Source: Leptogorgia sarmentosa
Lineage: Eukaryota
NCBI GenBank assembly: GCA_964658305.1
Contig: OZ210885.1
Coordinates: 24,428,001-24,492,000 of the forward strand
Direction: 5' to 3'
DNA: 64,000 nucleotides
Shown here: one piece after another, positions 37,331 to 49,765 of the stretch
Layout: every line of letters begins with the position of its first letter
Position numbering within the stretch: position 1 is the stretch's first letter
Made by a program: the position numbers and the translations under genes
The notes under the pieces: model-generated
Database searches by the model: none
Told to the model about the DNA's origin: nothing
What the model saw: only the letters and a program-made list of their open reading frames with translations

Positions 37331-38027
37331 CCTAGTATCATGACTTTGTAGCACTGCACTGTGACCAGGGACATTCCCAATATTGGAAAAAAAATCAAAT
37401 ATACAGAGTGTTCCTTGTGCAATGGAATTGACTTAATTATGTAATTGCCAGTACTGTTTATGGCATTGTTGTACAAATGGATCATCTTTGTGCTGCTTAT
37501 ATTTTGTTTTTGGTACATAATTAAAATAAATGTCCTAATACAGGGTGTATTGCAGTGGAATTGGAATATGCAAATTAGGTAAAAGAAAGTTTCAGAGGCT
37601 AATTGGAGAACTGACAATTAAGTAAATTTTGCACAATTTTTAACATTGATTAAATGCATAACCAATTATTTCTTAGATATGAATGCAGAATCTGTTTAAG
37701 CTTAAAAATTCCATGCACAAGCCATTTCTGTTTTTTCAGAAAGGACAGCCCCTCTAGTTAACACAAATTGATCATTATTTTACATTATGAGTATAGTACC
37801 AGTTACACGTCTACAATATTATTAACAATTTAACAATATGAAGTGTATCGCATGTAAACTGAAAATTTACCTGAAATTATACCTTATATATATATATATA
37901 TATATAGATAAATTGGATTTGTAGTTGAACACAAGTATCATATATATAAAAAAAGTGTTTTGACAACAGAAGAAATGTAACCACTTGTTTCTTAAATATG
38001 AAACATTTTATTAGATACACATATATA

Positions 38028-40738
38028 TACGTAGAAGGTGTTCTCGAGTGAGAAATTACCAAAGCGAGCAAGCAGTAACACTGACTTGCCGCGGACAGGA
38101 TTCGAACCCTCGACCTCCGCAATGCTAGCGCGACGCTCTACCAGCTGAGCTACGTGATCAAGTACGAATTTGTCCTGGTAATTGGAAGGTCATACTAAGC
38201 GTCATAGACATACTCGTCTACATCAGTTTAGCGTCGAACAGTACTTAGTTCATTGGCTGTGTGTGTGGTGTGTTGTTTTTGTTCACTCGGTATATAGGTA
38301 CGTAGAAGGTGTTCTCGAGTGAGAAATTACCAAAGCGAGCAAGCAGTAACACTGACTTGCCGCGGACAGGATTCGAACCCTCGACCTCCGCAATGCTAGC
38401 GCGACGCTCTACCAGCTGAGCTACGCGATCAAGTACGAATTTGTCCTGGTAATTGGAAGGTCATACTAAGCGTCATAGACATACTCGTCTACATCAGTTT
38501 AGCGTCGAACAGTACTTAGTTCATTGGCTGTGTGTGTGGTGTGTTGTTTTTGTTCACTCGGTATATAGGTACGTAGAAGGTGTTCTCGAGTGAGAAATTA
38601 CCAAAGCGAGCAAGCAGTAACACTGACTTGCCGCGGACAGGATTCGAACCCTCGACCTCCGCAATGCTAGCGCGACGCTCTACCAGCTGAGCTACGCGAT
38701 CAAGTACGAATTTGTCCTGGTAATTGGAAGGTCATACTAAGCGTCATAGACATACTCGTCTACATCAGTTTAGCGTCGAACAGTACTTAGTTCATTGGCT
38801 GTGTTCAGCAGCCAATGAACTAAGTACTGTTCGACGCTAAACTGTTCACAGCCAATGAACTAAGTACTGTTCGACGCTAAACTGATGTAGACGAGTATGT
38901 CTATGACGCTTAGTATGACCTTCCAATTACCAGGACAAATTCGTACTTGATCGCGTAGCTCAGCTGGTAGAGCGTCGCGCTAGCATTGCGGAGGTCGAGG
39001 GTTCGAATCCTGTCCGCGGCAAGTCAGTGTTACTGCTTGCTCGCTTTGGTAATTTCTCACTCGAGAACACCTTCTACGTACCTATATACCGAGTGAACAA
39101 AAACAACACACCACACACACAGCCAATGAACTAAGTACTGTTCGACGCTAAACTGATGTAGACGAGTATGTCTATGACGCTTAGTATGACCTTCCAATTA
39201 CCAGGACAAATTCGTACTTGATCGCGTAGCTCAGCTGGTAGAGCGTCGCGCTAGCATTGCGGAGGTCGAGGGTTCGAATCCTGTCCGCGGCAAGTCAGTG
39301 TTACTGCTTGCTCGCTTTGGTAATTTCTCACTCGAGAACACCTTCTACGTACCTATATACCGAGTGAACAAAAACAACACACCACACACACAGCCAATGA
39401 ACTAAGTACTGTTCGACGCTAAACTGATGTAGACGAGTATGTCTATGACGCTTAGTATGACCTTCCAATTACCAGGACAAATTCGTACTTGATCGCGTAG
39501 CTCAGCTGGTAGAGCGTCGCGCTAGCATTGCGGAGGTCGAGGGTTCGAATCCTGTCCGCGGCAAGTCAGTGTTACTGCTTGCTCGCTTTGGTAATTTCTC
39601 ACTCGAGAACACCTTCTACGTACCTATATACCGAGTGAACAAAAACAACACACCACACACACAGCCAATGAACTAAGTACTGTTCGACGCTAAACTGATG
39701 TAGACGAGTATGTCTATGACGCTTAGTATGACCTTCCAATTACCAGGACAAATTCGTACTTGATCGCGTAGCTCAGCTGGTAGAGCGTCGCGCTAGCATT
39801 GCGGAGGTCGAGGGTTCGAATCCTGTCCGCGGCAAGTCAGTGTTACTGCTTGCTCGCTTTGGTAATTTCTCACTCGAGAACACCTTCTACGTACCTATAT
39901 ACCGAGTGAACAAAAACAACACACCACACACACAGCCAATGAACTAAGTACTGTTCGACGCTAAACTGATGTAGACGAGTATGTCTATGACGCTTAGTAT
40001 GACCTTCCAATTACCAGGACAAATTCGTACTTGATCGCGTAGCTCAGCTGGTAGAGCGTCGCGCTAGCATTGCGGAGGTCGAGGGTTCGAATCCTGTCCG
40101 CGGCAAGTCAGTGTTACTGCTTGCTCGCTTTGGTAATTTCTCACTCGAGAACACCTTCTACGTACCTATATACCGAGTGAACAAAAACAACACACCACAC
40201 ACACAGCCAATGAACTAAGTACTGTTCGACGCTAAACTGATGTAGACGAGTATGTCTATGACGCTTAGTATGACCTTCCAATTACCAGGACAAATTCGTA
40301 CTTGATCGCGTAGTTCAGCTGGTAGAGCGTCGCGCTAGCATTGCGGAGGTCGAGGGTTCGAATCCTGTCCGCGGCAAGTCAGTGTTACTGCTTGCTCGCT
40401 TTGGTAATTTCTCACTCGAGAACACCTTCTACGTACCTATATACCGAGTGAACAAAAACAACACACCACACACACAGCCAATGAACTAAGTACTGTTCGA
40501 CGCTAAACTGATGTAGACGAGTATGTCTATGACGCTTAGTATGACCTTCCAATTACCAGGACAAATTCGTACTTGATCGCATAGCTCAGCTGGTAGAGCG
40601 TCGCGCTAGCATTGCGGAGGTCGAGGGTTCGAATCCTGTCCGCGGCAAGTCAGTGTTACTGCTTGCTCGCTTTGGTAATTTCTCACTCGAGAACACCTTC
40701 TACGTACCTATATACCGAGTGAACAAAAACAACACACC
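38028..40738. repeat. Tandem plus inverted array of 271-bp tRNA-containing units
   Basis: About 3 units on minus (38031, 38302, 38573), inversion junction near 38803-38850, 7 units on plus; bounded by (TA)n tracts; almost no divergence between units. Confidence 0.95.
38949..39021 (+). ncRNA. tRNA-Ala(AGC)-derived Pol III head (representative of 10 copies; other + copies at 39220, 39491, 39762, 40033, 40304, 40575)
   Basis: A box TAGCTCAGCTGG, D arm GCTC/GAGC, anticodon loop CT-AGC-AT, B box GGTTCGAATCC; acceptor and T stems are mispaired, so SINE-like or pseudo-tRNA. Confidence 0.75.
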
Positions 40739-40922
40739 ATATATATATATATATATATATATACAGAACTTGTGTAAAAGCTATCACATGATATATAATG
40801 TCATGTTTATTATTAAATCTAAGACAAGAACATGATACAGCCGGCCATGTGTCCTGGCAGAACTATAATTAATGGGAACTATGTAAGAACAGTAACAACT
40901 ATGTAAGAACAGTAACAACTAC

Positions 40923-43900
40923 TCAAATGTTACCTAAACCCATGCAGTCACCCATTGCAGAAGTCATGATCTCCTGCATATGTTCATAACTATTTAAATG
41001 AGCTGGTAATGTTATTACCAAATCACAAGTTGAAGTGGTAGGCCTGCACTGACAATTTGGTATGCAACCATGTAAAAATTGGCATTTGATTCTTTTTGGG
41101 AAGCCCAATGGGGGTACACATCTTGATCCAGTTAACCACTGCATGAAGTCAGCAATCTGCAGCCCTCCAATTCCTGTCAAAATAAACAGTAATAAATCAT
41201 TACACTACTGCTTTAAGAACTTAAAATAATTTAAAAATTTCAGCTGAAGTACACTTACTATTTTCACCCAAAATTTGTAAAAAGTCACAGAAGTATGTGA
41301 AAACATCTCCTTCAACCTCTCGTTTTTGTTGAGCCTGGCTATACTCAACATCAATGCTATCCATAAGCATGGTTGCATTCACACATGTCCCCTTCCCTGG
41401 GACTAATACTGTTTCCCACATTGTTCTTGATTCCCTGATACAATCAACAAGACCATAGGTGTTCAGGCCTTCTTCAATGTGGCTCAGCTGTGGTAGAATG
41501 CTTTGCACCTGGTCTTTTATACAAATTGACCTACAGTACGTACAGTACATGTAAATAACATCACAACGCATGGATCACAACTTAAAGCTACACAGGGCAA
41601 ATGCCTTACAAATACTTTACCTTATAAGGTTCCCAATCAGGCGCGGATCCAGACCGTGGCGAACGGTGCTCGCGCCACGGTCAGATTTTTCCCACCTTTT
41701 CCTGATATTAGATTAAAGTATATATAAATGAATAATAATTTGAAATAAATCCTTCAAAATCAAGGAAATCTGCATCTATTGCAGCCTATTTGAATAACAT
41801 TTTCCCTTATTGTTCACATTATTTTATGTGGTGTCGTATTTCGCGTCAAACGCAATGAAAGCGCCGAAATATTATGTCTCTTCAATAGCATAATCATTCA
41901 GTTAACACTGAACTATAAAAACAGCCGAAACCGTACCGAACTGTGCCGAATATGTTCGGTAAACAGTCGCAAATTTAAAGCTGCCGCCTGCGATCACAGC
42001 CACAAATTTTGCCACGGTCAGCGTGCAAAAAGTTTCGCAATTGTTACTAAATATAGTAACATTCTGCCACGGTGCAGAGGTGCAAACCAATCACAGGGCT
42101 AGCTGTGGTCATGTGCGCCACGGTGCGCCACGGTGAGCGTATTTTTATTGCGCAATGCAAATGATCAACGATGAGTTCGGGTACTCGTCGGATTTGACGG
42201 GTAGAATTTCATAACAAAGCTATACTAGTTATCGAATGCTTGTTAGAATGGAGGCTTTTGAAAAGGTCGATGTTCTCAAGAAGCTCGTTGAAATCTTTCA
42301 AAAACCGAACCAGGGCGAAGATATTTCAGGGAAGTTATCCCTCTTGAGGCAACAATGTGAGAAATTTATCACTGAAGGAAAGCTGCGCCATATAAAATCT
42401 ACAGGGACATCGTGCTGCGAGTGTGCGAATTTTCCAAACTGCAGTTCCCCAAGAGTTAAATTGAAAGATCTGGGCCTAATATCCCTGTTAAGTAAGAATT
42501 TTTAATCGTTTTATATTAAATTTGCATTTGCGCTAGGGCCAGGGAATATTTGTGTATGCACATTTTATATGTAAATAATATTTGAAGTTGGTCAAATAGT
42601 AATATGATCTCGAGCACATGGCGATGACCGATTGCCAATAGAACATAAATTTTCTCTCTAAAATATGGCGAATTAATGGCGAATTATATGATAGAATTCG
42701 ATGCTCTGAACGCAGGAAATGTGTTCAAATTTCGAAAATTTACCGGGGGGGTGCCCCCGGACCCCCCTGGTTATGCGAGTTTTTGACCCTGCCACGGTCA
42801 GATTTAATGCTGGATCCGCGCCTGCCAATTGTATTCTTAGTTTCACGTTGGGGGACACCTTGATAACCAACTTCCTCTAGTATGGAATAAAACTTTTCAT
42901 CCAAGAGTATGTGACCATACTCTCCATCATTGGCATTCAATAGCTGAAATGGCAAACATCTATATATTATCCTTAGTGTTTAGCATACAGCTAGCAGTAC
43001 AGACTGGTATGTATTTATGATAAGAACAACATGAACAATAACAATGATAACAATAAAAGTAATAATCATCATGATAATAATAATACCATAACCATTTAAA
43101 CATAACCTGTATTATTTTTTATAACTGAACCTGTGTGCAAAGATCTTTATGAAGAGGTGAAGTTATATCTTCCACTTCCAGGTTGTTGCTGAGGTAGTTG
43201 AAAACAATCTGGGACAAGAAACTAGGTGCCTGCCCTCCATGGATAATAGACATGGCCATTACTTCACCAGCCATCTTAAAATCCCCTTTTGACAAAGCAA
43301 CAGTGGAATTCAGAGGAAAACCATTGTGAAACAAGCGATGTTCGATGAACTGAAGCATTTCTGCAAAAATAAACAATTGCAATAACTATGTACATGATTG
43401 TATATTTTATTTCTATAACAACTATTTTCATGAGGCAACACCTGGTCCTTGGCATCTATACTTTTAACAGGGCTGTTTGTTATTTTTACAAACTGTGGGC
43501 TATATTACAGCATTTCTTCCCGGTAAACTGATCTCAGTATTCAACACGTCATTTACTTCAAATTCAAGATCTTTGGTTTCAAAGTCCTTAGGTCTTACTT
43601 TTCTAGATAGCAATGTTTATGGTAATATTATTATTATTGGATTGATGTATGGAAATAATGATGTGCTCTCTTGACATTGTTCATACTGTTACCTGCAAAG
43701 AACTCTCTTTTGGGTCCTCCATCGTCAACTGCTGGTTCTGTTGAAAATGTCACTTTGAGAAGTCTGGTTGGGTTGTAGTACATCTTTCTTGCCCTTCTAT
43801 AGTCTTCCCAAATAGATTTGCGCCTCACAGTTATTCTAACTGGGTCTTCATCCAGCTGCAAATATCTCTTTTTAAGAGATTCAATTGCTGATTTGATGCA

Positions 43901-44860
43901 CTGTTCCTTGTTAGTTGGCCCCGGCAATGAGATGTTACTGATTTGATTAATACCTTCATCCATTTCATCGCTATCAGTATCAAGCAAGTTTTCAGCACAG
44001 ACATCTGCATGGTCTGCAACCTCTGCTATAGGGAATTTCTTGAAACAGGTCGGACACTCAATTTCATAGGATGTGGATGGACTACAAAGCTCTACCTCAC
44101 TGAAGGCGGAGCTTGTTGATGGTCGTGATGACAAATGACCTTCATTCACTATTGGCTGATCATTGGAAACATGACGAAGCTTCACAGCATAGACCGGCAA
44201 AACGTCATTGTTTTCCTCGTCATCACTGCTGTCGCTGCTTTCGGACTTGATTACTCTTTTCAAAGCATTGATGAAATTTCCCTTTTCCATCAGATACAAC
44301 ACGATCCGGGCATAGCCGAAGCCAGATTCTTCCTTGTATCTTTGTAATGTGAATGGCTCTTCAAGATTCGTTCCAGGTACAGCCCTCACTTCGCCTCCAT
44401 CTCTGAAAACCAATTTATACATCTTTTTTGCATTAAATTTTCGATTGAAGGACTTGTGCTTTGCTTCTGCCGCTTCACGAATCTGATCAGCTGTGGCTGA
44501 TGGTAGGACTTTTAAGGGTAAAGACTCCCAGCGTCGCAAACTCTCATCTTCGTTCATCACCCCGATTTGGATCGTTACAGGCTGTTCAGGCTTGGGTTTT
44601 TTGCTACCCTTTTTTCGGAAGGAGGATGCATCTGCCTCTTTTCCTTTTTTGAACTCTACGAACGAAGGACGTCTAGTGACTCTAGTCAATGTCGTTGATG
44701 ATGGCGTCGTGGCGCTTGTCGCTGGTGTTGCAGTCTGAACGGTTTCTCTGCTGCTGCTGGTCGAGACTGGTGATTTTGATCCACAGGAAGGGCAATATGT
44801 AAAGCTAATTTTCATTGTAAATCCACACGCAGAACAAATTTTCCTTCGACGATCGGCCAT
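40923..44860 (-). pseudogene. G2E3-like HECT E3 ubiquitin ligase with N-terminal Zn ribbon, ubiquitin-like region and UBZ-type finger; 5 exons
   Basis: EPAVDDGGPKREFF, AGEVMAMSIIHGGQAPSFL, FMQWLTGS..VPPLGF and PTTSTCDLVITLP (catalytic Cys). Exons about 44860-43693, 43361-43131, 42947-41621 (split by a MITE), 41531-41259, 41176-40923. Confidence 0.88.
41638..42824. mobile_element. Non-autonomous hAT-like element with 5-bp TSD (hAT5-like)
   Basis: TIR CAGGCGCGGATCCAG / CTGGATCCGCGCCTG; TSD CCAAT; repeated GCCACGGT motifs; splits a HECT exon. Confidence 0.85.
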
Positions 44861-44974
44861 ATTGCCTCGTGGCGACGGCGACAGTCGACACCCCGCCCCG
44901 CGCTCGTCCCCAGGGCCTTAAACTGTGCCAGGGCAGAGGCAGAGCGTACAATTTTTATATAATGAAAATAATAA

Positions 44975-45230
44975 ATATATTTGTATCAGAAAAAATATAT
45001 TTGTATTGGTGAAAAATATATTTGTATTGGTGAAAAATATATTTGTATTGGTGAAAAATATATTTGTATTGAAATAAATATATTTGTATCAGAGAAAAAT
45101 TATACTTGTATCAGAAAAAATATATTTGTATTGGTGGAAAATATATTTGTATTGAAATAAATATATTTGTATTGAAGTAAATATATTCGCATTGAAATAG
45201 ACATATTTGTATTGAAATATATTTGTATTG
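44975..45230 (-). repeat. IS3EU right subterminal 21-bp repeats
   Basis: Reverse complement of 36226-36483. Confidence 0.9.
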
Positions 45231-45510
45231 CCGGTATGGGCCACCATATAAACCACTTCTAGAGACCTGGATACATTGAAGAATTTTAATTGCAATTATA
45301 GCACATCAATTATTACTATGTTTAATTTTGGAGATGTTGATTTCTTCCTTGATTCACTGTGGATAAATTTTGCAATAAAGAAGAATGGATTTGCAAAAAC
45401 TATGAGAGAATATACAGTAGATATTTTATATATTAGGGGCTGTTTATATTTTGTAGCCTGCTTGCAGCCTACTTGATAAGAATTTGGACTTTGGACAAAA
45501 TAACAGATTC

Positions 45511-45840
45511 CACTGGAAAAAATGAACCCTTTAGAGTTCATGAAATCTTTGTAAACATGAAATTCACAGACATAGTGAAAGGTAGAAATATGAAAGATTG
45601 TGACTATGTGAAAGGAAATGTCTGTAAACCAGTATTTTACATACATTTTATGTATGTGCTAGAATTGTCTTCAATGCAAAAATGTCTGTAAATTTTCTAA
45701 TTATATATGGTTCTCCATATGAAAATATGAAATCTCTGTAAAAAGCTTCTAAATCGCATTTTATAGGGATTTTACAGACATACTAAAATGTCTGTAAATC
45801 ATAGCACCAGACTCTCCCCCCATTAAATGTCTGTAAACCA
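45511..45840. repeat. Probable EnSpm/CACTA end with subterminal repeats
   Basis: CACTGGAAAAAA at 45511 followed by repeated ACAGACAT/ATGTCTGTAAA motifs in both orientations, downstream of an EnSpm-like gene. Confidence 0.45.
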
Positions 45841-47705
45841 TAGTTGAGCCAAAACAGATATTTCTTTCAAAAAGCTGTTGTGCTGCATAGGCAGTGTGAT
45901 GTATAAAGCCAGCTTTGAAAGGTGGTGAACTGTCAAATAATGTTTAAGTTGCAACTTACACACTATTTGGCAGTTCACCAGCTTTCAACGTTTGATATTT
46001 CTTTCAGCCCTTTCACTTTGAGGGGGGGGGGTGAATGATGCAAAGCAAAATATACCATCAAGGTGATGTACATCCACTATTACCCAACTGCTATATGTAC
46101 AAGCCATAAGAAGGTAACAACTAGCTACAACTAATTCAATTGGCTACAGTACAAGTACAAAACGTATTTATTTATTTAACTTAAGTAAGTGTTAATTAAG
46201 TTCAGTTGTTAAATGAACATATTGACACAAAGTTACCAACAAAATGACACAATATTTACAAGCAAAATAGGTTTTATATACTAAAATACAGACATTATAT
46301 AATGAAATACAGACATTTCCTATAGAAGATGAATTATATACAAAATGCAAAATTTGTGAATGTAAAGTACAAGATAATCTTTTTCACCAGAAGTATCACT
46401 CACAATTGATCGTAACTATTTTAATATCATTGTTGTCAATTTCCTGGACGCTGATTGGCTAAAAAGCATCAACAACTGTGCAAATTAAACTTAATTGCAG
46501 GGTTTCGAGCCCGCGATACATTATAAAAACAAATAAATAAACGCTTGAATCAACGCTAAAATTCTTGTTTTTTTTGTCATTTATTGTCAACTTTGGACAA
46601 AAAAGGTTAGTGAACGTGTACTACAATGATATTTCGCCAAACATGCGTGCAATTTTTTATTAATACTTTGAGAACAAGTGTAATTTCCTATACAAATTAC
46701 ACAGCTTCATTTAATCTGTATCCGGCCATCACTCTTGTCATCACCACAAAACCCAATATTGACTTCCAGTGGATAATGTCCTCCTGATTCGACAATTTGA
46801 ATAAACCAGCTCGTTGGGTCTCCACAAACCATTTGACAGTTGCTTTGCATCCCCCTTCATCTGTTGACACAACTCTGCCATACCAAGTTTGTTGAGCTGT
46901 ACCCATTATCTTCAAGTCATCATCTGCCTCTGGGTAGATGGGAACTGATACAGGTGATGGAGGTGGGCCATCAAAATCCACAGGAAGGTGAAATGAAGGA
47001 TTGTCTTTGTTCTCTGGCTCAGGGTATAGTAGGCACTTTCTCTTTAACTGTGAGGCAAACTGAACAGTGTTTCTTCTGTATGGGCGAGATACGAGCTGAA
47101 CAGTATTTGTCCATGAATGGGTCACAACTTGGCCATTTTTGAAAGCTGGGATTTGGTAGGTACCATCAATGAAAATATAATACTTTCCACAAATGGCACC
47201 AAGCAAAAGAATTTCTGTGATGACCAGGTACCATTCTTCATCCTCACCTCCAGAAATAATACAGCTGTCATTTATTGAAAATTTGACAACTGTACTATTG
47301 CAGTCCACCTTTACTACATGCTTAGCAGATTTAACCACTGGTGGGACAATAAAATTTTCATTTGGATGAAGCCTTTGCAGGTGCCTTTTGATGTCAGCCA
47401 TCTGGCTGGTCCTCAAGGTCTTCCTCTTTAATCTTCCCACAAGGACTCCGTTCTGGAATGGATGGTTGACACTCTCATTAGTGCTTGCTTGACAAGCTGT
47501 CAGCAAGGATTTGGCTGCTTCGAATGATGATTCATGGAAGAGCACAGGGGGCTGTAATGCATCGACATAGCCCACAGTATAAACATTTTCTGCTCCATAC
47601 TCAGACAGTTCCCCATGCTGAAGTTCATACCGTCTAAGGAATATTCGGATGTTTTCTCTTTCAGTGAAGGTCTTCTCAATACCCTTAGCATTGTTGGTCT
47701 GCTGC

Positions 47706-48076
47706 CAGGGAGGTAGCCACGGGGGGGAATGGGGGGGGGGGTCCGGACCCCCCCACTTTTATTCAAAACATGTCTTTCAATTCCTATCAAAATCAAGTAA
47801 AAAAGCGGATTTAAGGAATATTGGATACGCCTCCTCATAGTCTAATCACTATTGCATTCCCAACATTTGATTAATATATTATTTGATTAATATACACACA
47901 CATTAGGCTGTTTTGTTTAAGGTGCACTTGTGAAACATGTGTTATTTTCAAGTTCATAACAACCCCGCCTAAAATACATGAAATACGTTTGGACATATTT
48001 GTATGCGGAGTATAACTGTATATGATCTACTGGATGAATGGACCCCCTCACTTTTGTAGGGCTGGCTACGCCCCTG
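47706..48076. mobile_element. hAT-type MITE
   Basis: CAGGGAGGTAGCC / GGCTACGCCCCTG; 8-bp TSD TCTGCTGC. Confidence 0.85.
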
Positions 48077-48225
48077 TCTGCTGCTTGAAGACACGAATAG
48101 CTCTTTCAAAAACTTCACACGAATAATTATGAGGACTGGAGTGACGCTTCAAATGTTCAACCAGATGGGTGGAATACTCTAGGTTTTCAGTACATATGGC
48201 TAAACCATAGTACTCCTCTGCAGCA

Positions 48226-48914
48226 ATTGCATGAAACCATGACAAGGTTTCCAGAGCATCTACATCAGCTTTGCTCCACCCTAAATTTTTAACTGATCGG
48301 TTGTACAAGAGACACACCATGTTACAAAGTGCCATATGCACATCATAGGCTTGGGATGGGACAATTCCAGCAAGAATCTCACGTGCCACTTGACTATACC
48401 TAAAATACAAAAAACATTTTTGAAATACAAATGGTTGAAATACATAAGTGAGGTAATAAAATAATTAGCAATTTTTCAACGAGGTTGAGCGTGATATGTA
48501 GAATTATTTCGAGGTTTGTGTTACCTACCAATTGAGTCACTTGGAAATGCAGCAATGGTCTGGTCTGATGACCATGACATCTTGCTATGCAACCATTGCA
48601 TGAAACCATGACAAGGTTTCCAGAGCATCTACATCAGCTTTGCTCCACCCTAAATTTTTAACTGATCGGTTGTACAAGAGACACACCATGTTACAAAGTG
48701 CCATATGCACATCATAGGCTTGGGATGGGACAATTCCAGCAAGAATCTCACGTGCCACTTGACTATACCTAAAATACAAAAAACATTTTTGAAATACAAA
48801 TGGTTGAAATACATAAGTGAGGTAATAAAATAATTAGCAATTTTTCAACGAGGTTGAGCGTGATATGTAGAATTATTTCGAGGTTTGTGTTACCTACCAA
48901 TTGAGTCACTTGGG
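48226..48914. repeat. Tandem duplication (369-bp period) of an exon plus intron
   Basis: 48226-48544 is repeated at 48595-48914; two ORF calls share the same N-terminal sequence. Confidence 0.9.
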
Positions 48915-49765
48915 ACATCTGGGATGGAACCTCGCAATAATTAAACTAAAAATCATCTCATCTCTCATAATAAAGGAAAAGAACTTACTTCAAAAACTCT
49001 GCATGCTTCCATCCACCAAGACTATCATCCAGATGCTTCAGCTTCCCCACACCACTTGCCTTCTGTTCTTTCGTCCACTTCACATGCTTCAATGCATCAG
49101 AGAAGTCACCATGCAAGAGAAGACCACCAACATCTGGATTGCGGTCATTCACCTCAACATTAATGTTCTCATCAATGTTGGACCAAAACTTATCTATGAA
49201 TTCTCTTTTTAACATGTTGAATACAAGGTGCATTCTGTCAACCAACATGTCCTTAATAGGATCAAATCCATAGAGATGGTACAGCTCGAAGAGGCACGAT
49301 ACTCCACTTTTTATTCATTATTGTTTAGTTTTACTGTTTAACCGCATCATTTTAATACATAAGCCGATTGGTACCTTAAATATTCACGACTTGTCTTATT
49401 AATTGGCAGAATTGACACTATAGATTGCACACACTTTATGGAGTCCTAAACTATGTGCACGTAGATCATGGTAGAAAAATGCATAGATTTCTCAAAGTGT
49501 AATGGTTGAATGGTTGGCCTAAAAAGTCACAATCGACCACTTATTGAGTAGAAAAAAGATATAGTGCTAAAACATGAACTAAAAGTTTATATTATTTTGG
49601 TTATAAAGCCTGGGCTTAAACTTGGATTGCGTTTTTTTTATACAGTCTGTATAAGAAAAAAGGAAAAGAAAAAAGCAACAAAACAGCATAATCAAACATC
49701 ATGTACAAAGTATATGTATTATAAATATAATTTAACAATATTACATCAATATATACATATTTACA

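Larger units (their letters stand above)
35267..45248. mobile_element. Complete IS3EU-type DNA transposon carrying a HECT E3 ligase gene
   Basis: TIR TA(C/T)GGTGGCCCATACCGGCAATACA; 6-bp TSD TAAACC (35261-35266, 45249-45254); inverted subterminal 21-bp repeats; integrase-like transposase (+) and HECT gene (-). Confidence 0.9.
46697..49300 (-). pseudogene. EnSpm/CACTA-like transposase (family 1), C-terminal part
   Basis: LVDRMHLVFN (DxMH), GWKHAEF, HLVEHLKRHSSPHNYSCEVFERAI; MITE insertion and duplicated exon. Confidence 0.7.

Noticed and set aside
38870..38925. Hammerhead ribozyme in the unit (CTGATG-stem-loop...GTA)
   Set aside because: Lacks the CTGANGA and GAAA cores and stem I does not pair. 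A TAACACTG twister-like word on the other strand lacks the remaining conserved elements.
38028..40738. CRISPR array or functional tRNA gene cluster
   Set aside because: Units are identical throughout, with no unique spacers and no cas genes; acceptor and T stems are mispaired, so these are not convincing canonical tRNAs.
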